Shown: positions 21,464-34,736 of the stretch, one piece after another
Position numbering within the stretch: position 1 is the first letter of the stretch
Layout of the letters: each line of letters starts with the position of its first letter
Program-made: the position numbers and the translations under genes
DNA from: Flectonema sp. DT1601
Taxonomy: Eukaryota
Reading direction: 5' to 3'
DNA length: 64,000 nt
NCBI GenBank assembly: GCA_964019425.1
Contig: OZ025805.1
Location: 372,001-436,000 of the forward strand
The notes under the pieces: model-generated
Told to the model about the DNA's origin: nothing
The model's input: only the letters and a program-made list of their open reading frames with translations
The model's database searches: none

Positions 21464-22896
21464 GAAGTGAACTGATGACGATCTAGTCCTCATCTCATCT
21501 TTTTTTTTTTTTTTAATGAAATATTCTCAAATGCAAAACTACCCTGAGTAGGTGGATGTTATCTTTTGTTTTGGTCTGTCGAATCACACCTGATGTTGTA
21601 GCCTCATACTTGTATTTTAGTGTGTTATCTTTGTAGTTGGTTTTTTTTTTTTTTTTTTTTTTTTGTTGAAGCGCTTTCAAAAAAAAAAGACGTACGTCTC
21701 TTGTGATATTTAACACAGTCTGATTTATATATTGGTACACTTCAGCAAATTGCAAGTGGTTAGGGTTTGATTTTTTTTTTTTTTTTTTAAATTTTCAAAA
21801 CATTTTTCAAAGGAGGTATACGACCGAGAGTATCAGGGCGGGGGGGGCATATCATGTCGTCGGGTGAATGTTTTGTGGAATGCGCGCGTGGGTTCGCCAT
21901 CGAAGGCTCCCTCCCTTCCCCCATTTAAATTTTTTTTTTAAAAATATTTTTTCATATTAGTTCTTCTTCATTACTATGTGTCCCTTACTGCTTACTAACT
22001 GAAAACAATAATAATGTGGATGCATACCCATTCCACCTGTGCTGCCAAAAAAAATGTGTTTTTTTGTTTTATTGTTTTTTTTTTCCTTCAATTATAACGC
22101 CCTACGGTCACTTCTGGAAGCTTAATTAAGTTTTTTGATCCAATTTGTCTTTAAGGCTGCTGTCCCCAGACTGCTTTATTATTTTTTTTTTTTTTTATTT
22201 TTTGAAGAAAAAAAAAAAAAAAAAAAAAAGTAGCTGTAAAATCTACTTTTAGGTTGGATGTGAAGAGTGCTTTGACGAAGGAAAAACAAAACAAGAACAC
22301 AAAAAAAAATTGTTTCGTTAAACGCAGACAGAATCCTGTCGCACAGGGGGGAGGAGGGGGGTGATAATTCATAAACTTTATGACCATACTGTGGTCTTTA
22401 AGTGAATTGCGTGTTTTGTCCGCGTTACGTCGGTACAACGAAAAAAAAAAAAAAAAAAAAATGAGAGATTTTTTTTTTTTTTTTTTTTTTTTTCCCCCTT
22501 TCTTCCTCAAAATAGTTTTCTTTTCTGACAAGTAGTTTTTATGGTAAGTGACACGTTTCAGTTATCTTTTTGAGGTACTATCAAAAAAACATTTAATATT
22601 TTCTTTATTGCAGAGACTTCGAAAAAGCAAAAAATGTTTTGTGTGTGTTCGTAAAGTTTCCGACTAACAGCGCCAATCCCTATTGCAAGTGATTCTTTAA
22701 CCCTCATTTATACTTCACCCCCCTCAGGATCAAAAGGCTCAATTATATTTTTTCCCCTTTCTTCCTCAAAATGGTTTTCTTTTCTGACAAGTACTTTTTA
22801 TGGTAAGTGACACGTTTCAGTTATCTTTTTGAGGTACTATTAAAAAAAAAAAAAAAGCACTTCATACTTTCGTTATATGCAGAACAATAACACATA

Positions 22897-23442
22897 ATGA
22901 CATTCACTGGTGTGACCAGGGATATCATCGCTGAGGCTGGTGATGGTACCGAACCGTCAGAGGCATCAGCTGCGGCAATCTGTAGAGAAGTTAACAGATC
23001 TGAATTAGAGCTAAAACTACAACGTGAATGTGAGACTGCTTGTCGACACTTTATAAGAGCGTTGTCAATGCAGGGAAATGTTGAAAGAGGACGGGGTCTC
23101 GTTGAGGAACTCGGTAGTGTTATACTCAGTGTTCCAGACGTCAAGAGGAGAAAATATTATGAAGAGGCCGGGAGCGATGATCTAATAACACTTATTAGGG
23201 AGAGAGAGATCTCTTCGAAAAGGAATTCAAGACAGAAAACTAAACAAGACTCTTCCTCTTCTGGTATTAAATCTCTCAAAGAGTTGACGGAAATAGCTGG
23301 ACAAGTAGCAACTCTAAATAATGAAATAACAATTCTCACGTCGGCGATGAATAGTTCGACTGAAAAACTTCCCGTAAAGCTTAGCGTTGATAAGAGAAAA
23401 ACTGCCCTAACAACAATAATCAACAACTTGAGAGAGAAATAA
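22897..23442 (+). CDS. Hypothetical protein, 181 aa, helical/coiled-coil
   Basis: ATG-initiated ORF with ordinary composition between low-complexity flanks. Confidence 0.6.
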   Translation: MTFTGVTRDIIAEAGDGTEPSEASAAAICREVNRSELELKLQRECETACRHFIRALSMQGNVERGRGLVEELGSVILSVPDVKRRKYYEEAGSDDLITLIREREISSKRNSRQKTKQDSSSSGIKSLKELTEIAGQVATLNNEITILTSAMNSSTEKLPVKLSVDKRKTALTTIINNLREK

Positions 23443-23855
23443 CCATCTGTGATTTTGAGAATCCTTTTTATTTGGTGTCATCACTCCAGACTTCTACCAT
23501 ACTAAATGATGAAATACAGGTAGATTACTTTAAAAGGATAAATTAAGCATCAGATGTTGGTTCATTGTATCCTTAACAGTTTTTTTTTTTTAAATGTTAA
23601 AACAAAAGTCAAAACGATTATTCTCTCCCCTCAGCAAGCTGAATGCGTAATAAAGAGATGTGTATGCAGCTAAGTTGAAGCCCTCTACCAGTCATATGCG
23701 GGTGATACCTATACAAACATTACCTTCGGTTAAGTGTATCATAACTAAGATTATTATTATTATTATTATTATTTTTTTTTTTTCCATAAGTGTTTTGAGA
23801 ATATTTCATCCCCGCAAAAGAAGGGGGAAGAAAAAAAAAAAAAAAAAAAAACAAT

Positions 23856-24638
23856 ATGCCTGTTGGAGCCATCGCTGCAGTCGCTGCGAGCAGACGGAGA
23901 AATAAAAAGAGATCAGCTCCCAATGTGGTAGTTAGAGATGTTGAGTCCAAGGCTCAGACTGAATGGTTTTCATTACCTCAAAAGACACGTGTCGAGACTG
24001 CAGAGAAATATAAAACTATATGGCACACTTTGTCATGGGAACTCAAGTTGGAAGCAACAAAAAGAGATTGTACTGCTGTGTGTGAACCTTCGTTAACTAT
24101 GGATGGGGAAAGCCTTGATAACGATGCGACTGAAATAGAATTGAATCACCCTTCGCATGCAGCTGTGGAGATTTCAGTTCATCCTTTAGCAGTTGATAGG
24201 TCGACTATATCGAAATCATTTAGTAATGTTCTTGTTAGTCTTGCTGTGATAGATACAATGGCTTGCATAGGTTCATTTTTATTTATTGTATTGTCTAATT
24301 GCAATTCAAAATCAAAGACTCTGATGGGAATATATTTAGGATTCTGTATCCTTGTCACGGCTGGTACTTTCTATTTTCAAAAAAAATATAAAAATCACGG
24401 AAGCAATTATTTCTTTAAGGAGTTAGTAATTTGTTATTTGTTCCTTTCCGTAATGGGAGTTATTTTCATGTTGTTCTCAGAAAGATGTTTTATTTCTGTT
24501 TGTGTAGCGGTGATCGCTTACCCTTTGATTGGATGCCTTATTATATTAATTTCCTGGTGGTTTAAAGAACAGAAAGTAAAATCTCATTCCAAGCAGCAAC
24601 ATGTCTCTGCTGATATGGAAGACATCGTTGATTCTTGA
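23856..24638 (+). CDS. Hypothetical membrane protein with about four C-terminal TM helices
   Basis: 260-aa ORF with four hydrophobic segments. Confidence 0.7.
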   Translation: MPVGAIAAVAASRRRNKKRSAPNVVVRDVESKAQTEWFSLPQKTRVETAEKYKTIWHTLSWELKLEATKRDCTAVCEPSLTMDGESLDNDATEIELNHPSHAAVEISVHPLAVDRSTISKSFSNVLVSLAVIDTMACIGSFLFIVLSNCNSKSKTLMGIYLGFCILVTAGTFYFQKKYKNHGSNYFFKELVICYLFLSVMGVIFMLFSERCFISVCVAVIAYPLIGCLIILISWWFKEQKVKSHSKQQHVSADMEDIVDS

Positions 24639-24861
24639 AAAACTTGATGAGTCCTTCAGTATTATCATTATTATTTTTTTACTACACATTCTAGCTATCT
24701 GAGTGGTAATACCCCCCTTTACCTTTTCTTCGAATAAGAAGAGGACTGGGGTTATGGTCCAAAAAAAACCAAAACCATTATTTTGTTTGTCCTCACGATT
24801 ATATTATTATTATTATTTTTTTTTTTTGTTGTGATTAAACCCTAATATAGACATACAAAGA

Positions 24862-24902
<41 letters not shown>

Positions 24903-25376
24903 TGTTTCGATTCCAACGAGAGGTACTGAAGTTATTAATTAAAAATAGAAAAAAAAAAAAAAAAAACGAGCTTCTGCTCGTTAACTATTAAAAATATAAA
25001 ATCCTAAAGATAGGCTGACTTACCCTCTTTCGGTTTACTTTTTTTTGTTTTATTGTGTGGTTGTTTTTTTTGCTACAACAAAAAATGAATTTCTTTGTTG
25101 TTTTTCCCCTACAGTTTTGCAAACAAAATGACCGACTTACTTCTACACCATACTGATGATGAGACGTTATATGGATTACTCTCGAAACCTAAATAGTATA
25201 AAGCATCACCATAGTTCACTGTGTTCCTTAACAGATTGTTAAATTATCATTTTATGTTAATATGATTCGATACAAACATTCATTCATTCAACTCCCCCAA
25301 CAGTTTTCACGAAATAAAAAAAAACCTTACACAAATTTTTTAAACAACCCAAAAAAAAAAAAAAAAAAACTTAACA

Positions 25377-26774
25377 ATGCACACTGGTGACAACTGGACA
25401 GCTCCAGGTCAATTTCACCACTACAGCCACCCGATGCATAACTACGGTGGTAGAATGGCTGATGGAATGCACAGTCATCATCATCACAATGGAATGGCTG
25501 CCCATCATCACAATCACAATACTATCGAGCAAACATCACCGATGGTTCTAAAAGGAGCTGATGGATCAACTGTACAAATCCCATGGAGGATTAAAGTAAA
25601 AGACCCAGCCGTTAGAGGAAACATCTTATACGATACTCCGTCTTCAAAGATTGAACCGACATATGGGCTTTGGGAGTTCTTAGATTCCCAACAACGTGGT
25701 GGAGCTCACAAGCTTCAGTGTCACAGAGCTACTCTTTGTAAACTGTACCTCGAAGATAGGTGTGGTCAGGGATCAAAATGTAAATCATTTCATGTTGAGA
25801 AACAGTTTGTTCAAGAATCTAGATCGTCAATGAACGTTGAGTTTGACAACTCATTTTTAACTGAAGTAGCAGTTCTGACACCTGGTGGAATCATTGCTTC
25901 GATAAGGTACAAAGCAATCGGACGAACAAAAGGTCTTGACAACTACAAAGCAATGCTCCCTGGAATGAAAATTGTCCCACCAGCTACTCTATGTCCTCTC
26001 TACTGCAGAGGATTTGTTTGTGAAGCTGAAAGAAACTGTGAACATATTCACATTAAGCAATGTGATGTTAAAGAGTCGATCAGAAGAACTCCTTGTTGTT
26101 ATAAACACGGAGACTCGACGATGCAGAATAGAATTTCGACTGACGGTCAAGTTGAGGTTAGGAGCAAAACAGGAACAGGATGGTCTCTTCCATTGCAACG
26201 CATTGCATTAACGACTGGATGGGTTAGGAGGACTCCAAATATAATAGCCACAACAGATATTTGTGCCATGCATGTTAAAAGCCGCTGTAAATTCGGACGT
26301 GGATGCGATCGAATTCACGTCTGCAGACAATGGGCTACTGAATCAGGAATCCTTCCTTGTCTGTCAAACAGAGTCGCTCCAAACAGAACGTCAAACAATT
26401 TTGATAGTCCTCATCCGGCAGTACTCATCCCTTCAGGTAATCAGGTAAGCCCAACACATTCATACCCTCCATCACCATCGGGATATAGCTTGTTGAGTGT
26501 TTCTTCAGAGATTGATACTCCGCAGAGTTATCCTCTTCCTTTGTATGCGGCTTCAGCTAGAACGCCTCCTGTGGGAACTCCTTCTGAGGACTCAGAATCT
26601 CAACCTGCGCCGTCGACCTTGTGTTCAACCGTTTCAAACAACAGTAGAAGGTTGTCAGCTTTTCCTGTTTTCGACTACGATGATTTGGAAGCGTCGTTTG
26701 CATCGGCTCCTTGTCCAGAAGAAGAAGACATTATTTTTAATGCTGTTCAGCTTATTACTGAAGATGATGAATGA
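25377..26774 (+). CDS. Multi-CCCH zinc-finger RNA-binding protein
   Basis: CKLYLEDRCGQGSKCKSFH, CPLYCRGFVCEAERNCEHIH, CAMHVKSRCKFGRGCDRIH; His-rich N-terminus, S/P-rich tail. Confidence 0.85.
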   Translation: MHTGDNWTAPGQFHHYSHPMHNYGGRMADGMHSHHHHNGMAAHHHNHNTIEQTSPMVLKGADGSTVQIPWRIKVKDPAVRGNILYDTPSSKIEPTYGLWEFLDSQQRGGAHKLQCHRATLCKLYLEDRCGQGSKCKSFHVEKQFVQESRSSMNVEFDNSFLTEVAVLTPGGIIASIRYKAIGRTKGLDNYKAMLPGMKIVPPATLCPLYCRGFVCEAERNCEHIHIKQCDVKESIRRTPCCYKHGDSTMQNRISTDGQVEVRSKTGTGWSLPLQRIALTTGWVRRTPNIIATTDICAMHVKSRCKFGRGCDRIHVCRQWATESGILPCLSNRVAPNRTSNNFDSPHPAVLIPSGNQVSPTHSYPPSPSGYSLLSVSSEIDTPQSYPLPLYAASARTPPVGTPSEDSESQPAPSTLCSTVSNNSRRLSAFPVFDYDDLEASFASAPCPEEEDIIFNAVQLITEDDE

Positions 26775-26873
26775 TTTTTTTTAAAAAACAAAAAAAAAAA
26801 AAAAGAAACAACCTCTTTGAAAAGGGTCCCGTGTGTCTATTCTGCCTTTGTTCCGAAATAATATCCATCCATT

Positions 26874-26904
<31 letters not shown>

Positions 26905-27548
26905 CCACGCAAGATTCTTGATTAACATCGACACAATGTTGTTGCTCAGGATCTGCCCTTCTCACCTACTCACGACTTGTTTTTTTTTTTATTATTACCT
27001 TTGTCCCTCACCCCACTCATACCGAATATTATGCACTATTCTCTGATGCTTTTTTATTTTATTTTTTATATTGTTCAAACAAGATTTTCAGACGTGTAAA
27101 AGTCTGTTAGAAAAATTATTTTTTTTTGATCCCTTTTTTTTTCCTACCCTAGTATCTTTCATTAGAATTTTTTTGATGTTTTTTTTTTTTTTTTTTGATG
27201 TCTTATTTCATACGTGGATGATAGAACAGCAGACTTTGGGACGAAGGGGGAAAAAAAAAAAAAAAAAAAAAAATGAGAGAAAACGCACAATGCATTTTCT
27301 ATTTTTTGATGTGCGTATTGGCACTCTGAATATAACTTGTCATTGTGTCGTATTTTTTTTTTTTTTTTTTTTTTCCAACTTGGTTTGAAAAAAATTATCT
27401 CGCAGATATTAGCCGCTTGAGTTCGCTACTACCTAGCCTTTTTTTGTCAGGGAAAGAAAAAAAAAGAAATATGTTTTTTTTTTTTAAAGAAAACAAAAAA
27501 AAAAAAAAAAAAAAAATGAATCATCACGCACGCTCTTTATTTTTTTTA

Positions 27549-27579
<31 letters not shown>

Positions 27580-28681
27580 GTTATTTGTAGGAAACACTTA
27601 TATCGGATGTTCGTCCTTTTTTTTTTTTTTTTTTTTTTTGAATTTTATCCCTCCGTCTCAAAAGCTACAGAACAGAAACGAAACGAAAAGAAAAAAAGAA
27701 AGACAAAAGAAATTATTAACAACGGTTGGTACAGAAAAACCTTCAACTTAGTATTGGGGCAGTGGTTCTTTAGAACACTTATTGTACTGATACTGCGTGG
27801 TCGGTTCATTTGCCAGCTAGCTATTTATTTTTTATTAGTCTCGTTTGAGACGTCATTCTGATTGAAAAAAAAAAAAAAAAAAAAAAAAAATTGCACTCCG
27901 AAAGTCTTTGTTATAAAAAAAAAAAAAAAAAAAAAAGAAAACTTTTTTTTTCTTTATTTATGCTCTTCCTTTCGTACTTTGACAGTGAATCCGCGTTTTT
28001 GGTTGTCAGCCTCTACTTGCGGTCCTTTACACGTACAAAAAAAAAAAAAAAAATAACACTACTTTTTTGTTTTTCTTTCAATTTTTTATAGCCCCTATTT
28101 CCCTATTCTCATGTCTCACTTGTCCCCTTACCTCCGTTTGACGCTTGATGTTGGTTTGCCTTGTTGGAATAATTTTAAAAAAACAAGGGAGAAAAAAAAA
28201 AATGGAAAAAAAAGCAAACAAACAAATCGGACAGACCTTTGCTTGCTGTTGATGATGTGTTTTTTTGTTTTTGTTGTTGTTTTTTTTTTAAATTCCCTTC
28301 CCTTTTCTTCTCTTTTCTTCCATTGTCATTGGGGTTAAATGTAAACACAATGAGACCAGACGAGAGAGAAAAACGAAAAAAAAAAAAAAAAAAAAAAAAA
28401 CATTCCTATTTACCCGTTATCCTCCCAGGAGTGCGCACGTACATACGTAACAGCTAGAAATCCATGCGCCTGAAAACTGCGCGGTCTCTTTAGTAGGCGG
28501 CGTAGTATACCTTCGTTTATTGAGATTGGGTGATTTATATAGCAAAATCTGAAAAAAAAAAAAAAAAAAATAAAAAAAAAAGTAAGAACCTTAAAAAAAA
28601 TAAAATCTCGTACGCAACATTGTTATTGAAGGTGACACAACGGACATGACCCTTTCTACGTCGAAAAAAAAAAAAAATTAA

Positions 28682-30426
28682 CCCTTACACCACCGTAAGA
28701 ACCCCCAAAACAACGGGTCCAAAATTTTACTGTTTTTTCAAAAAGAGAAAAGGTACCCCCCCAGAAAACCTATGTACCAAACCGGACACAACTACTCCTA
28801 CGGGTCAATAGCACCTGTCACCCACACACCTAACGGTGCGTACCTTGGTGCGTTGTTGCACATTCAGCAGAACTAACAAAGTCGGCAGTGTCGCAATAAC
28901 GTACTCAACGGTTTCCATTCATAGCAGCTGCATGTTATTCCCTTCCCGTATTTTGAAAGGGATGATGTTTCTGCGCAACATCATGTCAGAGGGAGCCCAA
29001 GTAAAGAGAATGCCAAATCACGGCCGATATTAAATCGAAAAATCAGATTTTTTCCCTGTTTTTTGAGCTTGTAAAAGCCCTCTGTGGTCGCGGAAAATAC
29101 ACAAACAACCCGCATCATGGCACAGCAGGTTCAGACACACAGGAGGATTACCGCATCGGGGTTGATAAGCTCGAAAAATACAAATAACATCGATCCCAGA
29201 TCATGGAACTTCATTAGTAACAGTGCAGCTACTTAGATCAGACCGTGTTGGGCTGGATCTATAAACTTCCACCTCTTTACCCCACCAGCCTGGCATACTG
29301 GATTTTTGGGAAGTTGGCGGTTTAGGAACATCACAAGGAATTTTGTAGTTTTGGAGAATGTGATACCTTTTGAAATATGGGTAAGCACAAAGCGCTTGGT
29401 TGCATCGCTCACAGTAATCTAGTGATTGTGCGCGCTTTGCGCGAACTGCACACTGACGAGCCTTTTCCATCTTTCCGGGGTAGTGTCCCAAAGCTGGCTT
29501 GAGGCGATCAGGGATTGATACTGATTGTGGAGAAGGCGGTACTGATGGTGTTATTAATAGTGTTGGTGCCGCTCTGGTACGTTTAAATGTACCTAAGCTG
29601 CCCAAAACAAAGCCAATTTGAAGGATAAGAATCTCTTGCTTCTCCAGCCAGATTCACTACTATCCGTCCAAATTCCACCATGCCCACGTCGCATCAGGAT
29701 AAAGGAATTCAAAATACACGTCTCCACTTCGGATCCTCATGCTCGGGAGCAGGTAATATCGCAGAGAAGTGTAAGTTCCTCAGTATTTCGGCAAAGCGAT
29801 TACGTGAAAACACTTGCGGAAAGAACAACAGGGGGGGTCAACAGCATGTCATTCAAACCCCAGGAATCCCCTAGGTTAGATTTTATTGGGAGGCGCGTCA
29901 GTAGTGTTGTGCCAACAAAGGCCCTTCGCTCCTGCGTACTGGTTTTAAATTTCCTTCCCCTCTGTGAGGCATAGACCTCAGAGTTTTTCTTCATCAGCTG
30001 GAAAACTGACTATCCGAAGAAAAACTCAAAAACCTGCAGCTCCGACTTGCGTGCAACTCTAATCTTTAACGTTTCTTGGAAACGCGTTTTTATTCTTGGT
30101 AACCCTTGTTACCTCCCCTCCCCATTTGGAGTCAGATACTTCGTCAAGTGACGAATCGGAGCACACCGACGATGGATTAACAAATACTGTTGCATCCTCA
30201 TCAGAACTGTGGACCGACATATTTCCCAAGTTGATTTTGGCCAGCTTTAGCAAATGGAAAATTTACCATTTAATAAAAACTATTGCGGCGCAACACGTAA
30301 GGAACATAAAAGACATCTCAATAATACCTCTCCCGTGAAATCGTTGTACTCAGAAATGCAAAATTTTCACTTAGCAAAAAAAAAATTTTTTTTCAGACTG
30401 ATATATCAGCTCCGGTGGTGTAAGGG
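28682..30426 (-). mobile_element. Internally deleted piggyBac-like transposon
   Basis: TTAA on both sides; 14-bp TIR CCCTTACACCACCG; minus-strand acidic N-terminal remnant and cysteine-rich tail (HYP...CERCNQALCAYPYFKRYH). Confidence 0.88.
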
Positions 30427-30702
30427 TTAAAAAAAAAAAAAAAAAAAAGAAACAAAGAGTTGTAATAATACGAAACTTACCTTTTAAAAAAAAAAAAAAA
30501 AAAAAATTCCCCCCTTTTATTTGTCGAACCCCCCGTTTTCGCATTGTCCATGCACACACCAAATGGATGGTAAGCTGTGTGTGAGATATGGCAGTCGAAT
30601 TTATTATTTTTTTTATTTATTTGTTACATTTAGTTTTACCTGTGTTCCTTCGCATAAACCAGTTTAAGCTATTTACTTACAGGTTTGCCACGCGATAGAA
30701 GG

Positions 30703-30736
<34 letters not shown>

Positions 30737-31353
30737 AACAACCTTAATAGGAGAATAAAAAAATCACCTGATTTTTTTTTTTTTTTTACCTGATTATCGT
30801 GTTTCAAACTGTGAATATATATTATTTCATATTTTTTTTCTCTTTACTTGTTTTTTCCTCTCCCCTTTACTTTTTTTTTTTTTTTTTTGATGTTAAGGAC
30901 TATATTGAAAACGAAAAAAAAAAAATCCTTAAAAGAATAAGGCATCCGTGTCTTAGGTCTTTTTGTTCTGCTACACATTTCGCCTTTGATCCCACGCATT
31001 TATTTTTGCTTGTGGTGGGCAAAAAAAGAAAAAAAAAAAATACAAAAAAATACAAAAAACATTCTTATTGACTTTTTATATTTCTGAGTTCGCTGCGTTC
31101 AAAAGGTAATACAACAAGGCTTTTCAATTTGAGTTGTTTTATTCTCTCCGACTCACGTCAATACAAAAAAAAAAAAACAAAAAAAAAAACAAACAAAACA
31201 AACGTTTTCAATGAATATTTAATTCAACCACACTTACTCAGTCGATGGTATTTATTTTTGTGCTGCGAAACGGGAGAGAAACTTGGCTCATATTTATTAT
31301 GAGGATGATGAAAAAAATTTATTGCTATTTACGATGCGATAATAAATAGGAAG

Positions 31354-31384
<31 letters not shown>

Positions 31385-31690
31385 ATGTAGTTAATGATTT
31401 GCGCACGAAATTTAAAAAAAAAAAAAAAAAAAATTCAACTTTCCTTTTCCCTATTGTTCCAGTAGCAGTTACCTCCCTCTTTCTCTTTCTCTCTCTCTCT
31501 CTCCCCTGCTCCCTGAGTCCGCAAAACGAAAATAAAAACAAATAGGGTTGTTGAGTTGCTCATCTTGAGCACCGCTTCCTAGTTTGAATAACATGGTATG
31601 ATGGTGTGCGGATATGCAGATAGTGTTGTGGTCTGATTTCTTTCTGCAATTCACACTCAGTTCTCGTTTTCACCATCCCGCACTACCAAG

Positions 31691-31721
<31 letters not shown>

Positions 31722-33703
31722 CTTATCGCGAAATTGATGATTCCGTTCCGTTTTGTTTATTAAAATGTTTTTTATTATTATAAAAATAACTTGTTTCACT
31801 TTTTTTTTTTTTTTTTTTTTTTGAAAAAGCCCCTTAATGATTTACCCTTCATCTTATCTTACCCTAATATGTAAGAGGCTTAAGAAAAATACGATGTATC
31901 AAAGGAAAAAAAAAAAAAAAAAATTTAACCAAACCAAACAACTTTTTGTTCATAACGAAATTCACGGGTACCTTTTTCTGAATGATTCTACCCAAAACCT
32001 TTTTTTTTTTCTTTTTTTTTCTTTTCCAGAAAGTCCTTCGCTGTGGCTAATTTTTTTCCTAAAGCAGTCACACAAAAAGAAGAAGAAGAAAAAAAAAAAA
32101 AAAAAAATTACGATTTTCTATACTTTGTGCTTTTTTCTTTTTTTTTTGTCAGGTCCCTTCTTCCTCAATGGCTTATTATTTTAATTAACATGCTGCGTAA
32201 GAAGACGTTCGTTTACCGTCTCGTACTAACAAAGAAAACCTGTTTGTACCCTCCGCGAATAGAAAAAAACTAGAAGAAGAGAAAACAGAATTAAACTAAT
32301 AATAAATTCTCGGTTTGTTTTATGCAACAGAGGAAAAAGGGGTAAACCAAAAATTGGAGGGTGGGTGAAGGGGAGGGAAAAAAAAAAAAAAAAAAAAATT
32401 AACTAGCAACTAGCTCGTGTTTTTTTTTTTTTTTTTTTTTTTTGTGAAATAATATTTTATTTTAATTTTCTTTTTTTTGCGTAGCTGCAGCGGCAATAAT
32501 GAGAAATAAAGCCCCTTTACTTTATCCCTAAAAAAAGGGGTACAAGTATGGTAGCTGCAGCGGCAAATATTATTACCTGGTTTCAAGTTCGTTCTGCAGC
32601 AGCGCTATAGCGCTTGTTATTTTTATTTATTTATTCTTTTTTCCTTTTTTTTTTTTTTCTCGTTCTTTTGGCGACATTACACGAGGGAGTGTACGGTCGC
32701 AAGTATGAAGAAAGAATATAACGAGCCCCCTAACGATCTCTACCTCCCAACCCCCCTTGAGTGGAAGTGATGCATGATACAAAAAAAAAAAAAAGAAAAA
32801 AAAAAAAAAAAAATTTCCAAAGCAGAAAAAAAAAATTTCTTGTAAGTCTAAAAAAAACCACCAGTATTTACTTATTATTTAGTCATTTTTTTTTTTTTTT
32901 TTTTTTAAATATGCAAAGACCTTTTTAGCCATTTCCATTTTCCGGATTGAAGCCAAGTATGACAGGCTGGCTGTTACTGTGTTTCCTCTCCTCTCGAGTT
33001 AGTTTTGTATTGAGAATACTGGCTGTCCGCGGTCGTGTTTCTCTTGTCTATTATTGATTACGGGAAAGAAGCGATGGATTTCTTCCTCAGTATACTTTTT
33101 TCTTTTTTTTTCTTCTTTTTTTTCCTCTTGTGATTTTTTTTGTTCATATTATATTCCCCTGACATACGTGATTGCAACGAAGTAATGTTAGTTGTTCCCT
33201 TTTCACTGTTTTAAGTTTTTCAGATTGAAAAGAATTAAAAAAAAAAAAATATAAAAAAAAAAAGGAACTACTTTCCGCCATATCATTGGCGGCAAGGTAA
33301 AGTGGCAATATTGGCGAGTCAATGAAAATTTTCGGCGCACTCCGATATTCGGTACTCTCTCATGACGTATTTCTCGAGCAAAAAATTTCTCAGTTTTTGA
33401 CCTACGAAAATCCAGTAAAGTCACTTTTTTTTACCTTTGGGCCGCCAATGATATCCGTTTCTTATTGTTGTGCCTATTTTTTGCTTTAAAAAAATTTTTT
33501 TTGGTTAAAGGGAAAAAAAAAAAGAAGAAAAAAAAAAAAAAAAAAAAAAAGAGATCTCTGTGTGTATTAACAACGTACGTACGTAGGTTTGTTTCAGTTG
33601 AATTTGTTTTTTCCTGTGCTGAGGGAATCATGTCAGCGCGATCTTAAAAACATGGAAGAAAGAACAATGGAGACTGAAAAAACCTTGACTTGTAAAGTCG
33701 GAA

Positions 33704-33737
<34 letters not shown>

Positions 33738-34391
33738 TTCCCCTTCAGTTTTCTTCAAAATGCAAATATCCGACGGACGGTTTTTTTCATTCTCCCTCTG
33801 TGTCATCATTTCGGAATTGGGAAAAAGAAAAAAAAAGAAATGTTTGTCACACACAACACCTTTTTGTATCATACAGCCTCGACGTGGACGAATGCCTTTC
33901 CGTGATTCTTTCTATTTCCTTGCTTTTGCTTCTGACTTATTTTTTTTTTTTCCCCCAACATCTTTTTTGTTTGTCTCATGCAGAAGAAGTAGGGAAAAAA
34001 AAAAAAAAAAAAAAAAAGAGAAAGAAAGAAATATTTTTTTATTGGAACAGTATTTACAAGTAATATTCTTTTGTAAAAGTTCAACCTCTTCCCCTGCTAC
34101 CTCATTCCTCGTTCACAACAGACAATACAAGGCGATACCATTATATCGCTAATAACACTGACATGATTACCTCCGCTCCAGTTTTACGTTGGTTTCTGAT
34201 CTGTTAGAAAATATTGCACCCCACCACTCTACTGAATTTTTGGTATTTTCCTTTTTTTTTTTTTTTTTCTTCTTTAAAAGATTCGTCTCAGGTTTTAAAA
34301 AAAAAAAAAAAAAAATCAATCGTATCCGTAAATATTTATTTAATGTCAATAAAAAAATGATGCACCTGCGTGAGGAAAAAATCCCACGTGG

Positions 34392-34423
<32 letters not shown>

Positions 34424-34736
34424 TGAACACAACTAAGCTCAGTTGACGGCTTAATTGGTTGTTCTTCGGCAGACTTTATTCCTCTTTCAAATTCAAAAAA
34501 AGTACTTATTTTATGTTTTTTAAAAAAAATGCAATCGATAATACCCAGAAAATTGTTTCTAAATTCCGTAAGTAAAATCGCTTTCCGTCTTCTTCTTATA
34601 TGCAAACCGCCGCTGTGTTTTTTTTTTTTTTTTTTTTTTTGTCCTCTCTTTTCTTTCTTTTTCTCCAAAAGTTTTTTTTTCCTGCGAAAGGTATTTTCTA
34701 CTTTGTTTTGTTGTTTTTTTTTTTTTTTTTTTTTAA

